DNA from: an uncultured Gemmatimonadaceae bacterium
GTDB taxonomy: Bacteria > Gemmatimonadota > Gemmatimonadetes > Gemmatimonadales > Gemmatimonadaceae
Direction: 5' to 3'
DNA: 64,000 nt
NCBI GenBank assembly: GCA_963829055.1
Contig: CAWHHI010000005.1
Coordinates: 32,001 to 96,000, forward strand
Numbering within the stretch: the first letter of the stretch is position 1; each line of letters begins with the position of its first letter. A program made the translations under genes and the position numbers. Shown here piece after piece: positions 31,575 to 41,789 of this stretch. The notes under the pieces were generated by a model. That model ran no database searches, was not told where the DNA came from, and worked only from the letters and a program-made list of their open reading frames with translations.

Positions 31575-31683
31575 CAGTCGCCCCGCAATCTCACTTGGAA
31601 CTCACCCGGATTTTACGAGGTGGCGCTACATACCGCCTCACCAGACGGGCATCAACCACCGAACGCTAACTCCAGAGAGGCTT

Positions 31684-32235
31684 GTGATGCGATTTCTCGC
31701 CACGTTCCCGCTCCTCGTCGCACTCGTCGCCGCCGGATGTGCTCCCGATGCTCTCACATCGCCACGCTCGGCGACACGTCCGGCGGCACATGCAACCGCC
31801 GATCGGAGCAACCTTGCTTCGCTTCCGATCTCCGGCCGCTGCGCGCTGACGACGCTCGGCAGCGTGCCATACCCGGCGCCCCCGGTGTTCCGGCAGACTG
31901 CGACCGGCGAGTGTCAGCTCTCGCACCTCGGACGCGTCCAGGTTGACTTCGTTCAGGTCGTCAACTTCGCAACCAGGACGCAGCAATCGCTCGAGCTGTC
32001 GTACACCGCGCCGAACGGTGACATCCTGTACGCCGCCAGTGCAGGCACCAACACCCCGACCAGCACGGGCGCGGACTTCACTGCCGTGATCACGTTCGCC
32101 GGCGGCACCGGTCGCTTCGCGAACGCTCGCGGGCAAGCGCAGGCCATCGGCGAGGCGAATATCGCAGCGGGCACCAGTGAATACGTGCTCGACGGATGGA
32201 TTGCGTACGACGCCGCCGACAGCGCGGGGAAGTAG
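31684..32235 (+). CDS. Lipoprotein, hypothetical (beta-barrel-like)
   Basis: VAAGC lipobox; GECQLSHLG, APNGDIL, GGTGRFANARG; GAGAGG RBS. Confidence 0.8.
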   Translation: MMRFLATFPLLVALVAAGCAPDALTSPRSATRPAAHATADRSNLASLPISGRCALTTLGSVPYPAPPVFRQTATGECQLSHLGRVQVDFVQVVNFATRTQQSLELSYTAPNGDILYAASAGTNTPTSTGADFTAVITFAGGTGRFANARGQAQAIGEANIAAGTSEYVLDGWIAYDAADSAGK

Positions 32236-32300
32236 ACCGCGCAACACGGATTGCTCTCGAGCACGTGGTCGGCTCCGGTAACCCTAACGTCAAAGCAGCC

Positions 32301-32783
32301 ATGCGTAGAATCCTCGCAATCGCGGTGCTCGTGTCGCTGATCCCTGTTCTGATCGTCATGGGGCAAGCCAGGGCTTCACGAGCGCGTTCGTCGAATAGTG
32401 CCGACGTCGAACGAGAGGTTCGGCGCGCGAGTGCCGAGGAAGTCACGGCCCTCGTGGCTCGCGACACGACGGCGCTCGAGCGCATCTGGTCCGATGATTT
32501 CGTGGTGACGAACCCGCTCAACCAGCTGGTCGACAAGCGCCAGGTCCTGGCCCTGATCGAAACGGATACGCTGGCCTTTCGGTCATACGATCGACGGATC
32601 GAGTACTTCCACAGGTTCGGCGACGTGGCCGTGGTCGCGGGAAGCGAGGTTGTGATCTGGGCCGGACGCATGCCACTCGCCGGCACACCATCGTCTCTTC
32701 GGTTTACCGCGGTGTGGCGGGAGCACGATGGGCGCTGGGAGGAGGTGGCTCGTCATGCAAACGTCCTCCCGCAGCCCAGATAG
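32301..32783 (+). CDS. Secreted NTF2-like (DUF4440) protein
   Basis: Signal peptide; DTTALERIWSDDFVVTNP, GDVAVVAGSE, RFTAVW..GRWEEVARH. Confidence 0.85.
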   Translation: MRRILAIAVLVSLIPVLIVMGQARASRARSSNSADVEREVRRASAEEVTALVARDTTALERIWSDDFVVTNPLNQLVDKRQVLALIETDTLAFRSYDRRIEYFHRFGDVAVVAGSEVVIWAGRMPLAGTPSSLRFTAVWREHDGRWEEVARHANVLPQPR

Positions 32784-32929
32784 CACCGTGAGAGGCGGAT
32801 AAGTCACGTCGAATCCAGGCGGGCACGCCGTCACGCGTCCAGAAATCGCCGGCGGCTGATACCCGTGCTCGTCGATGTAATGCCCGATCAATTGCGGGCA
32901 GGCGGAGGCATACGATCTCCGGGCACGAG

Positions 32930-33432
32930 GAGGCGGCGGCTCCGGGCGTGGAGGGTTCATGGCGCGCATTGCCTCGACGGGCAGATTCATATAGAAGACG
33001 CGTTCCGGCACGCCGGGCGCCCCGAAGCGCTGGAGCTGCGTCGCGATGGCGCTCACGATGCGGTGGTCTGGGTGACCCGTGCCGCCGTCGGGCCCCCACG
33101 TGATCACCGCATCGGGACGAAGCCGCGCGAGCTCCCCGGCGATGCGCTCCGTCGCGCGGTCAATGAGCGCGCGGTCGCCGACATAGTCGCCGAGCTTGCC
33201 GTCGGGGAACCCGAGGAGGATCGGTCGCTCGAGCCTAACGCCTGCGTCGCGCAGCGAGCCTCTTCGGCGCGCGGCGGACGAGATCCTCGCCCGCCACGGT
33301 GCTCTCAGGACGGGATCTGGCCCTGCTGGCCGGCGCCAGCACCGCCGCCGGTTGCGATGGTCAGGTACACCTGCACGCCCTCGCGGGCGTAGCGGGCGAG
33401 GATCGGCGCGACGGGGGTCTCGTCATCGGGAG
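32930..33432 (-). pseudogene. PIG-L/LmbE-family deacetylase remnant
   Basis: Fragments PDDETPVAPILARYAREGVQVYL, LGFPDGKL and ITWGPDGGTGHPDHR in different frames; both ends missing. Confidence 0.75.
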
Positions 33433-33561
33433 CTCGACATACAGACGATTCGCATCTCGATCTCACCGCCCGTGTGACACGTCGTAGATTGTTGTCGCTG
33501 GCGAATCCGGCCGACCGTTGAAGGACAGCTACTGTTGAACGCTCACATCGCATCGACCCTC

Positions 33562-34993
33562 ATGCTCAACCGTCGACGAGCATGCGCACGCGCGCGCAGC
33601 CTGGCAGCGATTCCGCTCGTGTGGGCGAGTCTGGCCTGCAGCGACAGCCCCGCCGAGCTGCCCACGCGCGGCTCACTCGAGGTGACGATCGCCGGACTCC
33701 CCGCTGGTCAGTCGGCGGACGTCACCGTGACGGGGCCCGGCAACACATCACGGGCGCTCACCGCCACGGCGACAATGAGCGATCTCGCTTCCCGGGAGCT
33801 ATGCTGTCACAGCGCTCAATGTGACCGCAGGCGGCGTGGCGTACGTGCCGACGCCTGCTACCCAGAGCATCGCCGTAACAGGCGCCCTCACCGCCACGGC
33901 GACAGTTACCTACGCGTCGTCGACATTCGGCCTGCGCGCGCAACAGGTCGTGGAAGGACTCACGAACCCCGTCTATCTCACGGCGCCAAAGAATGACCCG
34001 CGACTGTTCGTTGTCGAACAGCCGGGTCGTATTCGCATCGTGAAGGGCGGCGCGCTGCTCGCTACGCCGTTTCTGGACATTACCGCACGTGTCATCTCCG
34101 GCGGTGAGCGCGGACTGCTCAGCATGGCGTTCGATCCGGCGTACGCGACCAACGGGCGGTTCTATGTCTACTACACCGGAACACAGGGCGACATCTTCGT
34201 CGACCGGTTCACGGTGTCGACCAACCCCGACGTCGCGAATACCACGTCGGACCCGGTGCTCACGATTCAGCATCGCGCGAATAGCAATCACAACGGCGGC
34301 CTTCTGTTGTTCGGACCGGACGGGATGCTCTATCTCGGAACCGGTGACGGCGGCGGCGCCGGCGACGTGCCTAACAACGCGCAGAACATCAATGTCCTGT
34401 TGGGCAAGATTCTTCGCCTCAACGTCACGGCCCTTCCGTACACGATTCCGGCGGGCAACCCGTTCGTCGGCCAGGCCGGCGCCAATGAGATCTGGGCGTA
34501 CGGACTTCGGAATCCGTGGCGTTTCGCGTTCGACGTTCCGCCGGATGGCTCGTCGCCCAAGCTCTACATCGCCGATGTCGGACAGGGCGCGCGAGAAGAG
34601 GTCAATGTCGTCGACGCTTCAGCCGCCGGCCGCAACTATGGGTGGCGGACGATGGAAGGAACGCAGTGCTACAACCCGTCCAGCGGCTGCAATCAGGCGG
34701 GCCTAACGCTTCCCATCGTCGACTACGACCACGGCCAGAACGGAGGCTGCTCGATCACCGGTGGCTTCGTGTATCGTGGCACGGCGATTCCGGAGGTGCG
34801 GGGCCACTACTTCTACTCCGACTACTGCTCGGGTTGGCTGCGAAGCTTCCGGCTCTCGGACGGAGTGGCTGTGGACCAGCGCGATTGGGCACTCGCGAGC
34901 ATTGGCAATGTCACGTCGTTCGGCGTCGATAGCGCAGGCGAGTTATACGTGCTCTCGGTGAACGGTCGCGTGTATCGCGTCGTGAAGCAGTAG
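33562..34993 (+). CDS. PQQ-dependent sugar dehydrogenase (GSDH family) lipoprotein; frameshift ~33790
   Basis: SLAC lipobox; ERGLLSMAFDP, NHNGGLLLFGPDGMLYLGTGDGG, YGLRNPWR, ADVGQ, CSITGG. Confidence 0.9.
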
Positions 34994-34999
34994 TAAGCG

Positions 35000-35209
35000 T
35001 TATTCCTGGTCGGCCGCGAATGCCAGGCAGGCGCGGATATCCTCGCGCGTCAGGCTCGGAAACTCGCGCAGGATCTGCTCCTCACTCATCCCGCTGGCTA
35101 GATAGCCGAGAACGTCATCGACCGTGATGCGCGTGCCGCGCACGACCGGTTTGCCGACGCGGATCTCCGGGGCGAGGACGAGTCGCTGGCGATAGTCGGG
35201 AGCCGTCAT
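35000..35209 (-). CDS. DUF433-domain protein (putative antitoxin)
   Basis: 69 aa: GKPVVRGTRITVDDVLGYLASGMSEEQILREFPSLTREDIRACLAFAAD. Confidence 0.9.
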   Translation of the reverse strand: MTAPDYRQRLVLAPEIRVGKPVVRGTRITVDDVLGYLASGMSEEQILREFPSLTREDIRACLAFAADQE

Positions 35210-35438
35210 GAGGCAGAGATAGGCCAGCGCTCTGGATGGCAAGCGGAGGCAGCGGCTCGGGCTCGGTAGAGGCGCGACGCAGGACGAAATGTACGCCTCT
35301 GGCAAATGCCGGAATGCCAGCACCGGATCTCGTTGCCGAAGCGGATCACCGGGGCGAGGAGGAGTCGCGGCGATAGTCGGGAGCGTATCGGACGATGGAT
35401 AGGCCAGCGCTCTGGACGCGGCAAGCGGAAGCAGCGGC
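35151..35438. repeat. Imperfect ~105-bp direct repeat (35151-35256 and 35333-35438) covering the DUF433 5' end and upstream region
   Basis: Shared blocks gcggatc-ccggggcgagga-gagtcgc-ggcgatagtcgggagc and gataggccagcgctctgga-ggcaagcgga-gcagcggc. Confidence 0.85.
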
Positions 35439-35690
35439 ACGGGCGTGCGCGTCACCGCCGCTTCCACACGGAATCTCGCACGCTCGCCTCGCGAATCCGT
35501 TGCAGCGACCTCCAGGATCGGCTGCCGCCCGCGGCGTGTCAGCCCGCAGCCGATGCGCGGAGGTACAGTGTCGAGATACGCCGTCACGGTATCCGGCACG
35601 ACGATGCGCAGTCTCGACCACCATGTGATAACCAATCGGTGCCTCGTAACCCGTGGGACAGTGTACGGAGCGTGCCGACGCCGAGACTGT

Positions 35691-36890
35691 CTATCTCGCA
35701 CGCGCGTCTGACACGGCCTGAATCGCCACGGCAGAAGGCACGACTTCGGTGAGCCTCGCATCCACGAGGCCGCGCGTCACCCAATCCGCTGCGAGCGCGC
35801 CGAGTTGGTCCTGTGCCGGATCGCCGGTGCGGTTCTCGAGCGGGAGTACTGCGATGCGTTCCTCACCGACGTCGCGTCCCCCGCGCGAAGACGTGGCCAC
35901 GCGAGCACCACGCCCCCGAGGACGACGACGGCGGCCACGACGCCTAACGTCACACGGCGCGCCCGCGTGCGGCCACCGCTCGCGGCGACTTGAACGGGCT
36001 GCGCCCCTCCGCTTGGCGTCTGGAGCCCCTCGAGTTGCGCGACCAACTCCTCTGCGCTCTGCCACCGGTCGGCAGGGCGCTTTTCCAGGCACTTCATGAC
36101 CAGGGACGCGAGCACGGCCGGCACCGCTGGGCGAAGCGCCGAGACGGGCTCGGCCGCCCGCGTCACGTGCGCGGCGAGGATCTGTTGGGGAGAGTTCCCG
36201 CTGAACGGTGGGCGACCTGTGAGGAGCTCGTACGCCAGCACCCCAAACGCGTAGATGTCGGCGCGATGGTCCGTGAGCGGGTCGGCGGTGCCTGCTCCGG
36301 GGCCATATACGCCGGTGTGCCTAACGCTACTCCGATAGACGTTGTGGCCGTCGAGAGGTCCGTCGCGCCATCGGTGCGCCGGGAGGCTGACCGCCAGCGG
36401 CAGTCAGCGCCTTCGCCACGCCGAAGTCGGTCACCAGCGCGTGGCGCCCAGCGAGCATGACGTTTTCCGGCTTGATGTCCCGGTGTACGACTCCGCGTAC
36501 GTGGGCATACGCCATGGCGTCCGCGACGTCGCGCAGAACGTGGACCGCGTCGGCGATGGGGAACTCCCCGCCGCGCTCAAGCCGCTGGCGCAGTGTCGGG
36601 CCGTTGACCAGCGGCGTAACATAGAAGAGGAGACCTGCGGCCTCTCCCGAATCGTGCAGCGGGAGGATGTGGGGGTGGGTGAGCGCGGCCGCGATGTTGA
36701 TCTCGCGCACGAAGCGCCTGGGCCCGAGCGAGGCCGCCAACTCCTCACGCAGGACCTTGATTGCCACTTTTCGGTGGTGCTTGAGATCCTCGGCGAGGTA
36801 GACGGTCGCCATCCCGCCAGCTCCCAGCTCGCGTTCGAGTCGGTAGCGATCGATGAGCGCCGCGGCGAGTTGCTGCGCTCAAGCTCCTTC
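35691..36890 (-). pseudogene. Ser/Thr kinase-TolB-like gene remnant, frameshifted and 3'-truncated
   Basis: GAGGMATVYLAED, HRDIKPEN, DFGVAK; later fragments YELLTGRPPF and IAVLPLENRTGD; no TPR part. Confidence 0.8.
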
Positions 36891-37346
36891 GCCCACAAGA
36901 ACGACGTACAACTCAGGTTGCGACACCGTCACCCCGCCGCGCTGCGGGGATGCGAGAAGATGCGTCGCAGGGCTCCACCCGTCGAGCATATCCAGCGACA
37001 CCCTCCTGAGTGACACCCTCTGCAGGATGGCGAAGCTCCTCACGCCGCAGGTCTGCACGCTCGCTAGGCGACTCACGCCGTCCAGCGGTGATGTTCGCGC
37101 GCGAGCGGGCCGGTGCCGGTGGGGATTCCGTCGGATGAGCGCGGGCAACTCCGTGCGATTCGCGCGAGCGATGGTATCTCGTGTCGGGCGTGAGCTCGTT
37201 CGGCCAGGCCAGCCGCTCTCGGATGCCTACTCGCCGGAAGAAACGCACAACGCCGCGCGAGCGAGGCAAGGTCGGCGGGACCAACGGCCTACCGCTCGTA
37301 CGCGTATTCAAAGATTCACCGCTCTACAACCCTACCCGGCCGCGAG

Positions 37347-40300
37347 ATGCGACTCTTCTCTCTGTCCGCCCGGGCGCTGCTCATAGCCGCGCTCCCTCTC
37401 CCTTTGCTCGCCCAGCAGGTCGCCCAGAACGCCTCCCAGAAAAAGGCCCTCACCCAGGCCGACTGGGACCGCTGGCGCTCCATCCAGAACCCCCAGCTGT
37501 CCAACGACGGCAAGTGGGCCGCCTACACCCTGATCCCCCAGGTCGGCGACGGCGAGTTCGTCGTCCGCGCCACCTCCGGGAGCACAGAGTACCGTGTCCC
37601 AATGGGTTACATCGGGCGGCCGAACAACGTCCCCGGTGGGCTTCGCCCGCCGCAGGCCGGTCCGCCGGGCGGTGGCGGACGCGGCGGTGGCGCTTCGGCG
37701 GCGCCGGCGCTCCCTCGCCGTTCTCGGCCGACAGTCGCTTCGCGTTCGTCATCACCCAGTCCAACAAGGCCGAGATCGAGGCGCTTCAGCGCCAGTGGCG
37801 CGCCGCTCGCGCGCAGGGCGGCGCCGGCGCGAACGCCGTCGATACCGCCGGCATTCAGTCGCTCGCCATCGTGAGCCTCGCCGACGGCAAGGTCACGACG
37901 CATCCCGGCGTCCGCTCCTTCCGCCTCCCGCGCGACAACGGGAAGTGGATCGCCTACGTCGGCCCCCGACACCGCGCGTCGCGCGGCGGGCGACTCCGCG
38001 AACCGCGGCGCCGGCGGCGCGCCGGGTGCGCGGCCGCGGCGGTCGCGGCCGGGCGCGGCGGCGCCGCGCGCGGCGGTCGCGCAGTACGGCATCGCGCATC
38101 GTCCTCCGCAACCTCGAGACGGGCGCCGAGGAGCGGCTCAACGACGTGCTCGCGCTACACGTTCGACGACAGCGCGAAGGTGCTCGCGTACACCGTCGTC
38201 TCGCGCGACTCGACGAAGGACGGCGCGTTACGTCCGCGACCTCACCAAGGGGACGACGCCGACGCTGCTCGCCGGCCGCGGCAACTACCGCGCGTTCGCG
38301 TTCGACCGCAACCAGCAGCAGTTCGTGTTCGAGTCCGACCGCGACGAGTTCGGCAAGCCGAACGCGCGCGCTACGCGTCTACTACGGCACGCTGAAGGGC
38401 GGCACGGCGCAGTCGCTCGTCGCGCCCGAGCATGCTGCCGCCGAGGATGCACCTCGCCGACAACGCGCCGCGTCACGTTCACGCGCACCGGCAACGCGAT
38501 CACGTTCAGCGATCGCGCCGCCGGCCGATCGACTCGGTGCCCGCCGATTCGCTCGTCGGCAAGGCGCGTGTTCGACCTCTGGCACTACAAGGACCCGCAG
38601 CTCCAGCCGACGCAGAAGCTCCAGCGTCGCGCGCGATCGCAACACGCTCGTACCAGGCGATCTACAACCTCGCCACGAAGAAGCTCGTGCAGCTCGCCGA
38701 CGGACTCGGTGCCGAACGTGCTCGCTGTCGGACGACGGCAAGATCGGCATCGCGTACCACGCGCGTAGCGCTACGACATCGAGCGCATGTGGGGCGACGA
38801 CGGCAACGACGTCTACGTCGTCGATCCGGCCGACGGGCACGCGCAAGCTCATCGGCGAGAAGATCACCGGACAGGCGCACGCTCTCCGCCGGACGGCAAG
38901 TACGTCATCTTCTTCGACAACGGACACTGGTACACGTACAACATCGCGACCGGCAAGACGGTCGACATCACGGCGCCGCTGAAGGGCGTGCACTTCGACC
39001 AGGAGACGTGGAGCACGCCGGCACGCCGGCCGCGTGGGGCGTCGCCGGCTGGACGAAGGGCGACCAGTCGGTGCTCGCTCTACGATCGCTTCGACATCTG
39101 GGAGCTCGACCCGACGGGCGCGCAAGCCGGCGGTCATCGTCACGGACTCCGTTAGGTCGCAAGAGCAGATCAGCTCGCTCGTTCCGGCTGCGGTGGACGC
39201 GGTCGGACCGCGGTGGCGGACGAGCGACGACCGCGCGCATCGACCCGACCGAAGCCGCTCATGCTCCGCGCGTTCAACGAAGAGACGAAGGCGAGCGGGT
39301 TCTACCGCGACCAGCTCGGCGCGAACAAGGCGCCCGAGAAGGTCGTCATGGCGGACCTCGCGTACGGCAACGCCGCTGAAGGCGCGCGAACGCCGACGTC
39401 TACATGGTCACGAAGAGCACGTTCATCGACTTCCCGAACCTCTGGGTCGGTCCGACCCTGACGTCGCTCACGAAGATCTCCGACGCGAACCCGCAGCAGA
39501 AGGACTACAACTGGGGCACCGCGGAGCTCGTGACGTGGACCAGCGCCGACGGCGTGCCGCTCAAGGGCATTCTCTACAAGCCGGAGAACTTCGATCCGAC
39601 GAAGAAGTATCCGATGATCTCGTACTTCTACGAGGATCTCTCGGACGGCCTGCACAACTACGTCGCCGCCGAACGGGCGCAACGTCATCAACCCGACGCA
39701 CTACGTCTCGAACGGCTATCTCGTGTTCGAGCCGGACATCCACTACGAGATCGGCTATCCCGGGACCGAGCGCGTTCAAGTCGATCGTGCCGGGCGTGCA
39801 GAAGCTGCTCGCAGCGCGGCTACGTCGACCCGAAGAGGCTCGGCCTGCAGGGCCAGTCGTGGGGCGGCTACCAGACGCTCGTACATCATCACGCAGACGC
39901 AGATGTTCTCGGCGGCGATGGCCGGCGCGCCGGTCGCGAACATGATCGAGCGCGTACGGCGGCATTCGCTGGGGCACGGGCATGGCGCGCGCGTTCCAGT
40001 ACGAGACAGACGCAGAGCCGCATCGGCAAGTCGATCTGGGAGGCGCCGACGCTCTACATCGAGAACTCGCCGCTGTTCTGGCTGCGCAGCGTGACGACGC
40101 CGCTGTTCATCATGAACAACGACATGGACGACGCGGTACCCTGGTACCAGGGCATCGAGCTGTTCGTCGGCATGCGCCGGCTCGGCAAGGAGGTGTACTT
40201 CATCGACTACAACAACGACGTGCACAACCCGGCGAGCCGCGCGAACCAGAAGGACATCGCGATGCGCATGCAGCAGTTCTTCGACAACAAGCTGAAGGGC

Positions 40301-40415
40301 ACGCCGGCACCGGAGTGGATGGTCAAGGGCATCCCGGCGAAGGACAAGGGACGCGATCAGGTCCAGATGCAGCTGCAGAGCGACGCAGTCGCAGAACGTC
40401 GTACCGAATCAGTAG
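37347..40415 (+). CDS. Large secreted S9-family peptidase, heavily frameshifted in this sequence
   Basis: Signal peptide MRLFSLS; fragments DLWHYKDPQLQP, GILYKPENFDPTKKYPMI, GQSWGGYQ, ENSPLF, DDAVPWYQG, NNDVHN across many frames. End is approximate. Confidence 0.85.
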
Positions 40416-40555
40416 CTATCAGCCATCGGCCATCGGCCATCAGCTCAAACGGCGAACCCTCGGGATGCTTCTCTCGCCAAGAGAAACGTCCCGAGGGTTT
40501 GCGCTTTCTTAGCTGATGGCTGATGGCTGATGGCTGATGGCTGATGGCTTATAGC
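40415..40555. repeat. Long imperfect palindrome with heptamer tandem-repeat arms
   Basis: Left arm (CATCGGC/CATCAGC)n, core AACCCTCGGGA...TCCCGAGGGTT (40455-40499), right arm (GCTGATG)5 at 40512-40546. Confidence 0.85.
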
Positions 40556-40657
40556 GCTGGGCTTACTGGGAATGCACATTGTCGCGAGTGCTCGCGCGAC
40601 GCCGCGACTTGCCGACCGGACGCCGTCAGAGGCGTTGGACTCCTCTGGAGTACCACC

Positions 40658-41278
40658 ATGAAAATCGCTCTCGCTAGCGCATTCATTGGTGTTGTGGCGG
40701 CTGCGGCAGCCGCTACGATCCCCCACCGCACGTCTGCCGCCGAACCCGATCTCGCCGCTGTTCGAAAGGCGACCGAGCGTTTCCGCGACGTCAAAGTCGC
40801 CCTCGCCGCGGGCTACATCCGCGACCCCGGCAACATGTGTGATGTCGCGGAGATGATGGGCAAGCCCGCCAAGCTCGGGGTCATGGGCATCCACTACCTG
40901 CGCCCGGATCTCCTGGGGATCACGGGGCCGCCGAATCCGCGCGTCGACGGCACCGGCACGCACACCGATTTCATGACGCCGGCGGTGCTCATCTACGAGC
41001 CGCAGGCGGACGAATCACTGCAGCTCGTCGCCATCGAGAACCTGGTGTTCATCAAGGCGTGGGAGGCGGCGGGAAACAAGGCGCCGCCGCGTTTCCAGAA
41101 CGTGCCGTTCGATCGCATGGTCGATGATCCGGCCACCAAGGTCGACGAAGCCCATAACTTCGAGCCGCACTACGACCGCCACGTCTGGCTGTACCGCGAC
41201 AATCCGAACGGCATGTACGCGCAGTTCAACCCGAACGCGACGTGCAAGTATCACAAGGGCGGCTCACACACGCACTGA
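40658..41278 (+). CDS. Secreted hypothetical protein, paralog 1
   Basis: GGAG RBS, signal peptide; GYIRDPGNMC, MGIHY, LIYEP, HYDRHVW, NPNATC. Confidence 0.85.
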   Translation: MKIALASAFIGVVAAAAAATIPHRTSAAEPDLAAVRKATERFRDVKVALAAGYIRDPGNMCDVAEMMGKPAKLGVMGIHYLRPDLLGITGPPNPRVDGTGTHTDFMTPAVLIYEPQADESLQLVAIENLVFIKAWEAAGNKAPPRFQNVPFDRMVDDPATKVDEAHNFEPHYDRHVWLYRDNPNGMYAQFNPNATCKYHKGGSHTH

Positions 41279-41354
41279 GCCACGCTCCTCGATGGAACCC
41301 GTTAGGGGCACGCGATCTGCGCGCCGTGCACTCATCAACGACGGTGAGGAATCC

Positions 41355-41540
41355 ATGGCCAACGATCGCGAGCTCATCGAGCCCAACGAAGGCGATAAGC
41401 GCTACGTTCGCCGGAACGATCAAGGGGAGTTCACCGAGTCCCAGGACGACGTGGGGCGGTCGCTCTCGCAAGACCAGCAGCGCGATGCGAAGACCGAGAC
41501 GAAGAAAGGACAGGGCGACCGCGGCGACCGCCACGAGTGA
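41355..41540 (+). CDS. Small hydrophilic hypothetical protein (61 aa)
   Basis: GAGGA RBS; MANDRELIEPNEGDKRYVRRNDQGEF..QDDVGRSLSQD..KKGQGDRGD. Confidence 0.8.
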   Translation: MANDRELIEPNEGDKRYVRRNDQGEFTESQDDVGRSLSQDQQRDAKTETKKGQGDRGDRHE

Positions 41541-41611
41541 GACGGGCCGCGCTCGGCTAGCAAGCACGGCGATAGCACTCTAGTTGACGGAACGGCTGAA
41601 TTGGGGTCGCT

Positions 41612-41645
41612 GAATTGGGGTCAGACTCGAGTCTGACCCCAATTC
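41612..41645. repeat. Perfect 34-bp palindrome (REP-like)
   Basis: GAATTGGGGTCAGACTC|GAGTCTGACCCCAATTC; preceded by a tandem copy of GCTGAATTGGGGTC. Confidence 0.9.
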
Positions 41646-41789
41646 CGATTTCGGGACGTTTTCTGGGTCAGATGACTCATTCGCGAAGAATCGGGCAGGC
41701 GCAGATTCTCGGCAGGTCGCGCGAGGCCGCGCGACATGATCCGATAGATGCGCCGTCATCGGCGCCGCACCTGCTTCGCGAGTTGCGCC

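Noticed and set aside
37690..40020. Many frameshifts in the large S9 peptidase as programmed frameshifting or true decay
   Set aside because: Scattered single-base indels, no recurring slippery motif and preserved codon bias point to a low-quality consensus segment; needs read polishing to confirm.
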